The position numbers and the translations under genes were made by a program. The notes below the pieces were generated by a model. That model made no database searches. It was not told the DNA's origin and saw nothing but the letters and a program-made list of their open reading frames with translations. Shown piece after piece: positions 26,929 through 36,512 of a stretch of DNA of 55,994 nucleotides (the first letter of the stretch is position 1; every line of letters begins with the position of its first letter). This DNA comes from Candidatus Micrarchaeota archaeon (GTDB lineage: Archaea; Micrarchaeota; Micrarchaeia; Micrarchaeales; Micrarchaeaceae). The stretch is from NCBI GenBank assembly GCA_021812105.1, contig JAKAOQ010000001.1, forward strand, positions 1 to 55,994, in the 5' to 3' direction.

Positions 26929-29900
26929 TCACATGAATTTAGCAAGGTTTATTTGCCGCGTCTCCCCCTCTGCAGAGCCCTGACCAAATACGTTTTCTAT
27001 CTCGCTCTTCGCAAGCTGCAGTGTCTGCTTTAGATACGTATCAAGGTTGTAGCGATCGGCAAGGGATATGGCCATATTTAGGTACTTTTCTATTCCACCT
27101 TTTGATATCGTAAGCACCAGCTTTCCGCCGCACCTCTCACACTTGCCCGAAAGCGGAACTCTTCTGTATTTGGCGTTGCATGATATGCACCTGAAGCTCT
27201 GCCTCGAGAACGAATGTAGATTACCTATAAGGTCCGGTATGAAGTGGCTAACTATGAGTCTCCTGGCTGCGTCTTTTTTGTCTATACTTCTCAGTGTGTC
27301 CATCAGCTTGAACTCCGCCTTTACCTTTTCGTCCATGTTGTTAAGTGTAGTGTAAGAGCTCTTCTCTGGCGATAGGGCTAGCGAGTCTGCTGAGCTCGAG
27401 TGAGTGAACCCTAACCCGGAGTAGACCGACTGAGAGCCGAGCCTGTTGGAGACCAGCTCTAGCTTGACCTCTCCTGGGGCAGCGTAGTTGAGCGTAGAGT
27501 TATAGAAGTCAAGGCCGTAAGACTCTACGACTTCCATCGCGTGGACCTCGTCGTCCACTTCTTCAGGAGCTATGCGGACCGTCAATATCAGCGGCGCGTC
27601 CATCGTTCCGCCTATAGAAGTAGCAAGATACTTCCTGGAGAAGTTTATCAGTGCGTCGAGGAGCAGCATGGTCGTATCCTCGTCTCCATCGCAGTTCCTC
27701 CTCCTCGCCGATATCGTATACGGATGCGCAAGGCCGATGTTTGAATTGGTGAATCCGATTATCCGGCCCAGCACGCCAGAAGAGGTGTGTGGCGCCAGGG
27801 TCACGACGAGCTTGCCTATCATATCATCTATGCTGTTCGCGTTGTAAAACCTTTCCATACCGTAGAACTTTTCCAGAAGCGCATCCACGAACTTTGCGGT
27901 CCTCAGCAGGTACTCCGCGCCGCGCCTGTTCAGTATGACGTCCTGATCCATTAATTCGACGAGCTGGTCTCCACTTACGAGCTCCTCCCCTTTGTAGTCT
28001 GTAGTGTAACCGAGTGCGCGTATCCTGTCTACGCTCACACCTATCTCCCTCGGATAGAAGTGTGTTATGGGTGCATCTGTAGCGTCAAACCTCGAAGTGC
28101 CGTCCTTGAATATGTAGACGCCGTTCAGAGCGCGCAGTATTCCTTTCTCCAGCGGTTCGGTTTCCTTGTCCTTGCTGAACAGCCCCTTCACGCCCTTTAT
28201 TAGCGGGGGCAGTGACGATAGCCCCAGATTGTTCTTGGCGGATTCGAGCGCTTCTGTTATAGAGATATTTTTCAGCTCGCTGCCCAGGGGTTCGCCACCG
28301 CACGCATCGCATACCTCCCCCTCGTCCCTTATGCTTTTTCCGCACTGCCTGCACACCCTGTTGAGGAAAGCGCGTGCATGGTGCTTCCTGCAATAAGGAG
28401 TATATAGGGATTCTCCGCCTACGCTGCACCTGTACCTAGCTATCTCTAGCTCGAGCATGTTCGAGCCGAACGAACGCATGCTGTTAGCGTACGCTTTGTA
28501 CAGGTTGCGCTCCTTGCCTCCGTATTCGCCTATAGGGAATAGGACGTTGGGCGCCGGTTTCATGAGCCTCTCCTTGGCTTTCTCGGGCCTGCCTATCCTG
28601 GCGCCTATCCTCGTCGACCTCTGCATTATCCTGAACGGAGATACAGAGTTCATAAGTTCCAGCGGATCCTTGCTTTCTATATCGGTTATCCTGCTCGAAG
28701 CGCTCGCCATAAAAGTGTCCTTGGTCTTTGTATAGAACCCGAAAGAGAGCAAAAGCGAACGGGCGACGTCGCCCTTTATTGTTATGGTATCGTTTATGTC
28801 ATAGTGTGGTACGCAGAGCCTTTCCACAACGCCCCTCGCCGCCTGGATCGATTTTCCGTCGCTGATGCGGAGCTCTTCTATCTGCATTACGTCTTTCGCT
28901 TCGGTCGGTATGGTCGTGGCGGATGCAATCGAAAGCGCTAGGACCTTGAGCTCTTCCACGCTGGTATCCTGGTACTCATAGATAAAAGACGGGTGCATCG
29001 GAACGTCGTATTTGTACGACAGCTCCAGCGCCTGTTCAAATGTGGGGTTTGGCATATCTCCGCTGAAACCTTTCGCCTTCAGCTGGGCGTACCAGAACTC
29101 TTCTACGTAGCTGCTCGGCTGTAGAAGCGTGCTCGTCTTTTTGAAGTCTCCGTAAGTGATAAGAATGTCTCCCACGGACAGCACGCTCGCTATCTCATCC
29201 TTGTACCTCCGTGCTTCGCCAGCGTCGTTTATCCTGAATGCGTGACCGTTCTTCAGCTTCACGAAAGGCCCTTCTATCGAGTCTACAGGCATGGCTATGC
29301 AGCCCTTCCCAGGTTTCTCTACCTTCAGCTGCGTACCAGGCGCTATGAAACTCCCGAGTACAACCATGCTGGCCGGGCTGAAACCTTTCGATGCTATGCC
29401 CGTATACCTTGACCTGCCGTACCTGAGCCTGAAAGCTCCAGGATAACCAGGATACGCAAGTATCGGGCGTCCCGCAACTATCTCGTGCAGAAAGACGGCC
29501 TTCTCCCTCTCGTCGTCTTTTGGCGTGCTTTTATCGAACCTTATCACGGAATTGAGCCACCCCCAGTCCAGGCCGGCGGCCTTTGAATATTTGAGCACAT
29601 TCTTTGCTTTCTGCATCACGCCCTCGCAAAGGACCAACGCCACTCCACCGCGCACCCTGTTCGTTATTATCTCCGGCTTGCCGTTAGCGTCGAGCCTCTT
29701 TATGTTGCGGTGCACGCTGACCTCCGCGTCTTCGGTCGATACCCCGTCTATGCATACCGGGCAGTTTTCAAGAACCAGGGCCATATCCTCTTCTGTAGGC
29801 AGATACTGCAGATGCGCAACCGAATGGTATATCATTACTTCTTCTATGTATCGTGCTATTTCGGTCTGCGAGGCCTTGTACGGACCGATCCCGAGTATCT

Positions 29901-30378
29901 TCCTTGCGTAATCCGCTATCACAACAGACAGCGCTGCGCTCGTTCCTCCGGCGCCCCTTATGGGGCCGGCGTATATGACCGCGGCGTAATCAGAGCCCTC
30001 TTGCGTCTTGTGAAGCTTTACCCCCTGTACACCCTCGGTTGGCGCAACGAGGACCCCTTCCGTGAGTATCGAGAGCCCTACACGCACGGCGAGCGTTAGC
30101 CTCTTCTCCGCATCCATGCTAAACTTATCATTCTTGCAGATCTCCCCGGTCATCTCGAACGCGAGCTCTTGTCTTGTCTTGCCGCCAGCCTTGCTCTTTA
30201 TCAGGTCCGCAAGGCCTTCTATGCCTATTATACCTTCAACACGCGCAGCAAGGTCCGGGGCTGGCTTTATCTCTACGCTGGTGGTGGGGTCGTAACCCTT
30301 GGCCCGCGCTGCCGCGGCCATGGAATACGCCTTGTCGAACTCCTCCTGGAGAGCCTTGAAGTAAGATTCAACCTCCAT
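26929..30378 (-). CDS. polC: DNA polymerase D large subunit DP2, no intein
   Basis: AGPIRGAGGT, FRLRYGRSR, GRPEKAKER, RRRNCDGDED, GGTMDAPL, C-terminal Zn fingers and PIP-like QINLAKFM. Confidence 0.97.
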   Translation of the reverse strand: MEVESYFKALQEEFDKAYSMAAAARAKGYDPTTSVEIKPAPDLAARVEGIIGIEGLADLIKSKAGGKTRQELAFEMTGEICKNDKFSMDAEKRLTLAVRVGLSILTEGVLVAPTEGVQGVKLHKTQEGSDYAAVIYAGPIRGAGGTSAALSVVIADYARKILGIGPYKASQTEIARYIEEVMIYHSVAHLQYLPTEEDMALVLENCPVCIDGVSTEDAEVSVHRNIKRLDANGKPEIITNRVRGGVALVLCEGVMQKAKNVLKYSKAAGLDWGWLNSVIRFDKSTPKDDEREKAVFLHEIVAGRPILAYPGYPGAFRLRYGRSRYTGIASKGFSPASMVVLGSFIAPGTQLKVEKPGKGCIAMPVDSIEGPFVKLKNGHAFRINDAGEARRYKDEIASVLSVGDILITYGDFKKTSTLLQPSSYVEEFWYAQLKAKGFSGDMPNPTFEQALELSYKYDVPMHPSFIYEYQDTSVEELKVLALSIASATTIPTEAKDVMQIEELRISDGKSIQAARGVVERLCVPHYDINDTITIKGDVARSLLLSFGFYTKTKDTFMASASSRITDIESKDPLELMNSVSPFRIMQRSTRIGARIGRPEKAKERLMKPAPNVLFPIGEYGGKERNLYKAYANSMRSFGSNMLELEIARYRCSVGGESLYTPYCRKHHARAFLNRVCRQCGKSIRDEGEVCDACGGEPLGSELKNISITEALESAKNNLGLSSLPPLIKGVKGLFSKDKETEPLEKGILRALNGVYIFKDGTSRFDATDAPITHFYPREIGVSVDRIRALGYTTDYKGEELVSGDQLVELMDQDVILNRRGAEYLLRTAKFVDALLEKFYGMERFYNANSIDDMIGKLVVTLAPHTSSGVLGRIIGFTNSNIGLAHPYTISARRRNCDGDEDTTMLLLDALINFSRKYLATSIGGTMDAPLILTVRIAPEEVDDEVHAMEVVESYGLDFYNSTLNYAAPGEVKLELVSNRLGSQSVYSGLGFTHSSSADSLALSPEKSSYTTLNNMDEKVKAEFKLMDTLRSIDKKDAARRLIVSHFIPDLIGNLHSFSRQSFRCISCNAKYRRVPLSGKCERCGGKLVLTISKGGIEKYLNMAISLADRYNLDTYLKQTLQLAKSEIENVFGQGSAEGETRQINLAKFM

Positions 30379-30504
30379 CCCTATCAGTAAATGTCCAAAG
30401 ACTTAGCAAAGTCTCGTAGAACTAACTGTGAATGGCACTTCAGCTTATTAAAGCTTTATAGCGGCCGTGTGTTGAATCCTACACGCGCGGAATTATTTCT
30501 GGAT

Positions 30505-32019
30505 TTATGGCGTATTGAAGTCTATGAAGTTGAACACGCGGCTCTTCAGCTCCAAGACAGGCAGTATTCCGGGAGTTGGAATGTGGCCCTGCTTTATCTG
30601 GTAATCGGTTCTCGTCTGCCACGTGCCGCTGTTCACTATATCAACACCATGGTAGTTAGCGAATCCGTTCTTGTGTATGTGCCCCATGAATAGCACGTCC
30701 GGAATCCTCTCGATTACCAGGTTGTCATTTTTGCTCGGCACGATAGTGTTGCCGCCGTAGATCGGGGACAGGTGCCTTCGTTTCAGTATTTCGATCATCG
30801 CTTTCTCCGGTGCCGCGTAGCTCATACCAGGGACAGATGCTATTACTGAATCGAGGGAAGCGCCGTGGTAAGCCAGAACGTTCACCCCGTCAAAATTAAC
30901 GTAGGTTGGATTCGAAAGCAAGTGAAGATTGCTGTTAGCGAAGTCCTTTGCGAGCTCGTGCTCTATCGGAGGCTGGGGCTCGGAAAGCTGCACAGAATCG
31001 TGGTTGCCCGGTATCATGAAAATTTCTATGTAGTCTGGAACGTTCTCGAGCAGTTTGAACAGCATCCTGTACTGCGCGTAGTAGTCTGATACCGCGAGAT
31101 CGCGATCCTGGTTTGGATAAATGCCGATTCCGTCAGCGTTGTCGCCGCCTATCATCAGATACTTGACCTTACCGGCGAGGTCCTTCTTCTTCTCGAAGTC
31201 GCCGTTGAGCCATCTTATCATGTTGGTGAAGCTCTTCTCCAAGAACAGCTTGCTACCTACGTGGATATCGGAAGCGAACGCTACCGCCACATCATCCTCT
31301 GAATGCTTCTGCTCTCTTATGGGTATGTCTGGCCAGATAAGCTCGTTGGCGATCAGAAATGGTCCCGACACCTTGCCCTTTACTGCCAGAACCTCGTCGT
31401 TCATTATTGTGCCGCTTTTTGCGAACAGCGCCTTGGCACGTTCCGAGGTGCCGTTCATAAAGATCACCTTGACTGTCGACTTGTCGTCCTCTATTACAAC
31501 CATCATGTTGCCGTTCTTTGTAGTGATCCTGCTGCGTACCACGCCAACGGCGCAGAGTTCGCGGCCCGAAGGGAACTTCGACACCACTTCTAGATTCGGC
31601 ACGGGGTTGAGAGAGCTGCCGCGTTCGGCCTCTATAATCTTCTTTATCTTCCTCAATCTGTCGTTGAAATACTCCACAAAATCCGAGACGGTACCTGAGG
31701 TGCTTTCAGCCTTCTTCTCGAAAAACGAGAAGTGCGAACGCACGCCCGAAGCGGCCGGAGAGAACGAGGTAGGAGCGCTGATCTCTACCGGAGCAGGTAC
31801 CTTTTCACTCTTGAGCTCAGCGATCAATCTGCTGAACCCCTGGCCATCAATTATCTTCAACCCTTCGTTTGCCGGATAGTCCTTGTAAAGATCCGATATC
31901 CTTGAAACAAGAAGCCCCGTGTCTATATCTTCGGCCTGTGAAAAGTCAATGTCTGCAGCCAAAACTATACCAAGCTTAGAAAGCCTCTTTGGCAACTCCT
32001 TGTCTATAGACCCGTCCAT
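30505..32019 (-). CDS. polB: DNA polymerase D small subunit DP1
   Basis: OB fold; calcineurin-like motifs SDIHVGS, GDNADGIGIYP, PGNHD, YHG, GHIH, NSGTWQ. Confidence 0.95.
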   Translation of the reverse strand: MDGSIDKELPKRLSKLGIVLAADIDFSQAEDIDTGLLVSRISDLYKDYPANEGLKIIDGQGFSRLIAELKSEKVPAPVEISAPTSFSPAASGVRSHFSFFEKKAESTSGTVSDFVEYFNDRLRKIKKIIEAERGSSLNPVPNLEVVSKFPSGRELCAVGVVRSRITTKNGNMMVVIEDDKSTVKVIFMNGTSERAKALFAKSGTIMNDEVLAVKGKVSGPFLIANELIWPDIPIREQKHSEDDVAVAFASDIHVGSKLFLEKSFTNMIRWLNGDFEKKKDLAGKVKYLMIGGDNADGIGIYPNQDRDLAVSDYYAQYRMLFKLLENVPDYIEIFMIPGNHDSVQLSEPQPPIEHELAKDFANSNLHLLSNPTYVNFDGVNVLAYHGASLDSVIASVPGMSYAAPEKAMIEILKRRHLSPIYGGNTIVPSKNDNLVIERIPDVLFMGHIHKNGFANYHGVDIVNSGTWQTRTDYQIKQGHIPTPGILPVLELKSRVFNFIDFNTP

Positions 32020-32041
32020 GCCCGCACTCTCACAACCCTAT

Positions 32042-32311
32042 TCACTCGTCCTTTATGGATTCGAGCATGCTCAGTATGTTCCATATAACAGTACGCGCTT
32101 GCGGCTGAAGGTTTATGTCGTTGCTGATAGAATCGATGTTGTATATTGCACCGGATATGCGCATCACGTATTCGCCCTGCGCATTGAGTTTGCTCTTCGC
32201 CTCGCTGACCGCGCTCCTTACATTCTTTGGGACAGAAAGGTCTCCGACTATAGTGTCTATCTGCCTGTTGATCTCCTCTATCAGCTTGGCCACCTCCTTT
32301 TCATCCTTCAT
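32042..32311 (-). CDS. UPF0147-family protein
   Basis: DLSVPKNVR, ISNDINL, ARTVIWNILSMLES. Confidence 0.85.
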   Translation of the reverse strand: MKDEKEVAKLIEEINRQIDTIVGDLSVPKNVRSAVSEAKSKLNAQGEYVMRISGAIYNIDSISNDINLQPQARTVIWNILSMLESIKDE

Positions 32312-32591
32312 GAAATCACCTAATCCACAAACAGCAACCGATCTTGAATAAGAATTGCGATAGAGAATTATGCGGCAATTTATTTAAAGACTTGCACGTC
32401 CCGCTAAGCAGCAGATACTATATGGATTTTTGTTTGACTTTTTCTAAAGTTAGCATTACAGATAACTCATGAATTGCGTTCAAAAAGTCAGGGATCCTAT
32501 GTTTGCATCAACTCTGGAGTCAGATAGAATTTATGCGGCCTCCTTATAGAGTGAGGGGACTGTGAGAGACATACACAGGGTAGACGTATAT

Positions 32592-33518
32592 TCAGATCGT
32601 TATATGGAGAGCGAATCTTGCGTACAGCCCCAGTGCTATAGTAGCGGAAGCGGCACCCAGTGAAATCACAAGGGATTCGGCAACTCTGCGGGGTATGCTC
32701 TGATTGCTGAATATTGCAATCATTGAAGAGGTGAATGTGAGGACGATTGCGGTAAGTAGTATCGCGAGGGCTATGCCGTAGAAACCGCCAATCCCCAGAG
32801 CAAACGGTATGAGAGGAAATACGGCGCCACAGAAATAGAAGAGTCCAGTGTAGAAAGCAGACTTTTCGGGATGCCTGAATGCGTTTGCGGCAGAGCCTAT
32901 GCTCTTTTCATACTTTGTAGACAGGTATGCGCCGCCAGCCATGGATAGCGTACCAGAAAGCGCCACCAGGACTCCAGCTATAAATACAAGCATGGGAAGG
33001 TGCAGCGCCGCTCCGAAACCCACCGTAGCCGCGAGCACTTCGACCAGGCCGTCGTTCATACCGAATACCACATCGCGTATGTTTGAAAGCACCGGGTTCC
33101 CTGAGACCAGTATGTTTGCGAGTATGTCTTCTACCCTCTCACCCTTCTCCATTACATCTAGAAGCCTTTTCTCATCTTGGCTGAACCTGAACTTCTCGTG
33201 CGCTTTTCCGAGCTTCTCGTTGGTGAGAAGCTTGTCGTACTCCATGAACTTTATCGCGAACGTTATGCCGAATATTATGCGGAGGAATTTCAGAAAAAGG
33301 AGATGAAGGGTGTTGTGCCGGGGGCGAGCCTTGTAGTTGTTGAGCTGCAGGACTCGCTGTAGTATTGATGAATGCGAGGTTTCTATCCTGTATAGCTTGA
33401 GTAGCGTCTCCTTCGCCTTGGCGTTCTTCTCGACACCGGAGAGATACTGGTAGACCTGCGCGTGCAGCGCCTCGTCGTTGTGCAGGTCTGTAAGGTAATC
33501 GATCTTGGTCTTCGGCAT
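32592..33518 (-). CDS. VIT1/CCC1-family metal transporter with N-terminal ferritin/rubrerythrin-like domain
   Basis: IRDVVFGMNDGLVE, GTLSMAGGAYLS, PLIPF; N-terminal DE...Y...ETSH helices. Confidence 0.88.
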   Translation of the reverse strand: MPKTKIDYLTDLHNDEALHAQVYQYLSGVEKNAKAKETLLKLYRIETSHSSILQRVLQLNNYKARPRHNTLHLLFLKFLRIIFGITFAIKFMEYDKLLTNEKLGKAHEKFRFSQDEKRLLDVMEKGERVEDILANILVSGNPVLSNIRDVVFGMNDGLVEVLAATVGFGAALHLPMLVFIAGVLVALSGTLSMAGGAYLSTKYEKSIGSAANAFRHPEKSAFYTGLFYFCGAVFPLIPFALGIGGFYGIALAILLTAIVLTFTSSMIAIFSNQSIPRRVAESLVISLGAASATIALGLYARFALHITI

Positions 33519-33848
33519 CGTGTCACTGCTCCGACTCTTACCCTATCAGTAATGGAGGGATAGGCTTTATAAACGTTTGAGTGCCGGAGGGCGCAAAACT
33601 ATGCTGAGAGATAAGACGCAACGTATGGATAGGGACGGGTTGCATAATATTAGAATAACACCATTATACAATATACAATACGGCCAATCTGCGGCTCATA
33701 CACACACCCTTACGCCTTGTAGCGTTTGGAGTCAGGTCTTCAATTTTGTACGACACTCCTAAACCAACCAAAAGGAGAAATGAAAACAAGCAAACAACAT
33801 AAATAGCTTGGCAAACAACACCATACCTGGTTCTTAAGAGGTGGTGGT

Positions 33849-34709
33849 ATGGGGGCGGCCTATCACAGCACAAAGTTCACGTTATATATAGAGCCGCAGG
33901 TGTTCCTCAACAGGGTGCAGTACGACACCTTTCTGAGGAGGCAAGCGGAAAATGCGACTGCGTTCATCGGTGCTAAGGATGTATCTGTATTGTTCGAGGA
34001 GAACGGTGGCCTAAGGCCGTCACTAGAGGTAATAGAGGAAAGCACGCTAGTCGGCCTGCTTCGCAGCGCCAGGAACCCGAAGGGACTGGAGATATACTCA
34101 AACGCAAACATAACGCAGGGAGTATTGGAGCCAATCGGTATGGTAGGGTATCAGACTTTCGTGGAGCTGAGCAACATAGCGAATCTGCACTCACTGAGCA
34201 ATTTCTTCAGGGGATCGGGCTTCCGGGGCATATCCAACGCCCCTCCGTGCATACTTAGCTACTCTATCGGAGGCGAGAACTACAAGGCGATCTATCTGCC
34301 TCCGATAGTAGAGATCATGCCAAAGGAGCGCTTCTCGAAAGCGCTCTCCACCGCACAAGCGAGGCTGGATAACAATGAGGAGCTGGAGATACAGAGCGTG
34401 GATGAAGCTGCGGTAAAGACCACGCTGAAGGAGTTCGTGCAGAACGCGAGGTCGATGATCGAAAATTCGGTTAATGGAGGTATACAGGAGATAGTAGACG
34501 GCACTCACCGCGCAACTAGCGCATCCATATCCGGCGCACTCATCAATTATGTCCGCATAGAGGGAAGCACGAAGGTAGCTCCGGGCATTCCAATAAACCT
34601 CAGGGATGTGATATTTGCAAAGGAGAAGCCGTTGAAAAGGCAGGACAGGTTCCTGGGCCTCGACGAGGAGGGCTGGACCTCGCTGAAGGAGATAGGGGTG
34701 GATGGATGA
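33849..34709 (+). CDS. ParB/sulfiredoxin-like domain protein
   Basis: LEPxxxxxxQTFV, LPPIVE and IVDGTHR motifs; no HTH. Confidence 0.6.
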   Translation: MGAAYHSTKFTLYIEPQVFLNRVQYDTFLRRQAENATAFIGAKDVSVLFEENGGLRPSLEVIEESTLVGLLRSARNPKGLEIYSNANITQGVLEPIGMVGYQTFVELSNIANLHSLSNFFRGSGFRGISNAPPCILSYSIGGENYKAIYLPPIVEIMPKERFSKALSTAQARLDNNEELEIQSVDEAAVKTTLKEFVQNARSMIENSVNGGIQEIVDGTHRATSASISGALINYVRIEGSTKVAPGIPINLRDVIFAKEKPLKRQDRFLGLDEEGWTSLKEIGVDG

Positions 34710-35254
34710 ATGGAAAGAAGAGCGTCGCGATAGTTGATTTCGACGATACGCTCTTCTTCGTGCGTAGGTGCATAGGGGCCGCGTCTATAGAAGTCATAGG
34801 CCACAGGCTTTCGAGGGCGCAGGTAAGAAAGCTCATGCCCAAGGAGCTGAGGGGAAGGGTTTATGACGTTGCATTCTCGAAATACTCAGACCTCTCTGTG
34901 CCAAACAGGGAGCTCATAGGCATGCTATCGAAATGGAAGGATTCGGGGATTAGTATATTAATACTGACAGCGAGACCGGAGAAAACTAAGAGGGAGACGA
35001 TGATGCTGCTGAGGAAGTACAGGGTGCCTTTCCACAGAATAATATTCCGCGATAACGAGCTGGCCTACGGCAGAGACGAGGAGTGGAAGTTGGGCAAGCT
35101 GAATGGTATCGCAGATAAATACGATAGCGTGACAATCTATGAGGACAAGCACGATAACATAGCGTACTTCAGGCACGGAGTAGCAAACCCGGAGAAATTT
35201 CGGTTTGTAGAGGTTAAGGAGAAGCGCGGGATACAACTAGGTCATTTCGCATAA
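34706..35254 (+). CDS. HAD-superfamily phosphatase (PNKP-phosphatase-like)
   Basis: DFDDTL, LTAR, WK, YEDK; ATGA overlap with the upstream gene. Confidence 0.85.
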   Translation: MNGKKSVAIVDFDDTLFFVRRCIGAASIEVIGHRLSRAQVRKLMPKELRGRVYDVAFSKYSDLSVPNRELIGMLSKWKDSGISILILTARPEKTKRETMMLLRKYRVPFHRIIFRDNELAYGRDEEWKLGKLNGIADKYDSVTIYEDKHDNIAYFRHGVANPEKFRFVEVKEKRGIQLGHFA

Positions 35255-35375
35255 TTATACGACCGGGATTTTGAACGGGCTTTGAAGTTTCGTACACGAA
35301 CAACGGAGAAAGGAACCGCACTTATCCGCGAATTCTGATATGCCGATTACTTATCGTTAGCATTCAAAGAGGTCT

Positions 35376-36035
35376 TCAATTGCGCGATTTCGTGGTTTTG
35401 CGCTTGAGGTACTTCGAGTAGGCGTTTATCAAATCGGTTCTTTCAGTGGCGTTTTTTAACAGAAAATCTGTGAAATCCATATGATATATGTCCCCACGTG
35501 AGGTGTTCTTTGCTACAATCTGCATGCCACGATTAATATCTCTTCTCTTTCCATCCGCGGTGAAGGCATTCGCCAAGACTTCCGTAAAATAGATTCCAGA
35601 GCGAGCAAAATCATAAATCCTATCAAAAAACGAATTGTCAAGCATCATTATCGCGTTGGTATCCCTATACTTTGGCAACAACATGGTTTCTATGATATAT
35701 ACTGTATAAAGACCTTTTTTGTTGAGTGCATAGATTGAACTTGCTTTTATCTCGCTGTCCAAAAGTAAACCCAGTTTTGCCTTCTTAAAGTAAGGTTCTT
35801 TCAAAGACACAAAATGCCAATACCCTAAAATATCCAAACGCGCGTTGACCAGGTATCCATATGTATACGGGCTCTTTTTGAATACTTGCACCCAATTTCT
35901 CTGCGCGCCTTCTGTAACTTTTGTTAATCCACGCATATATGCATAATCCAAATAGATCAAACGCTTAAGCAACTTATCAGGACTATACCTTGTTTGTATG
36001 AGATTATAAGGTACAACTGCGAGTGGCTTTAACAT
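35376..36035 (-). CDS. GNAT-like protein, AT-rich
   Basis: ILGYWHF, YIIETMLLPKYR, ANAFTADG...GMQ fit a GNAT fold. Confidence 0.55.
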   Translation of the reverse strand: MLKPLAVVPYNLIQTRYSPDKLLKRLIYLDYAYMRGLTKVTEGAQRNWVQVFKKSPYTYGYLVNARLDILGYWHFVSLKEPYFKKAKLGLLLDSEIKASSIYALNKKGLYTVYIIETMLLPKYRDTNAIMMLDNSFFDRIYDFARSGIYFTEVLANAFTADGKRRDINRGMQIVAKNTSRGDIYHMDFTDFLLKNATERTDLINAYSKYLKRKTTKSRN

Positions 36036-36345
36036 AATATCGTCATATTAAAAAATTTATCAATATGCATGTTTCGCGGCCTTCTGCATTGTATTATTAT
36101 CAAACAAAGCATAAAAACATTTTTAAGTGAATCCCCCACATCACAAACGATGCGGCATTTCAGGATCATCCCGAATGATCTTTTGGTGCAAGTTATAGCG
36201 AACGAATACGCGGCTTGCAGGAAAACTCTTTATCGGAACACTACTCCGGACGCAATTCATTGAGGATATTAGAAGATGAAAAGTATATGATACTTAGAGC
36301 ACATTTACACAGCTTGCGGTGTGGAATTCATGCATTAAAAATATA

Positions 36346-36458
36346 AGCCCCGAGAGGGAATTGAACCCTCGACCTTCTGTTTTCTTGTCTTCTTGATTAA
36401 ACTTCTTTCCAAGAAGTTTACTTACAAGACAGACGCTCTACCACTGAGCTACCGGGGC
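36346..36458 (-). tRNA. tRNA-Thr(TGT) with 41-nt intron at 37/38 (36382-36422)
   Basis: Acceptor GCCCCGG/TCGGGGC, anticodon stem TCTGT/ACAGA, TGT at 36426-36424, T-loop GTTCAAT, CTTG/CAAG central helix of a BHB. Confidence 0.92.
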
Positions 36459-36512
36459 ACGCATATACTTTGAATCGGGCAATTTTATATATTTTTACAC
36501 GCTTCGGCGTGG

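Noticed and set aside
27670..27710. Possible intein at the DP2 RRN/CDGDED site
   Set aside because: The sequence reads RRRNCDGDED without interruption.
35270..35290. CCGGGATTTTGAAC as an att-like tRNA 3' remnant bounding an island at tRNA-Thr
   Set aside because: It does not match the tRNA-Thr T-arm or acceptor sequence, and there is no integrase in the window.
36069..36345. Short ORFs between the GNAT-like gene and tRNA-Thr
   Set aside because: No recognisable motif; cannot be supported as a gene or pseudogene.
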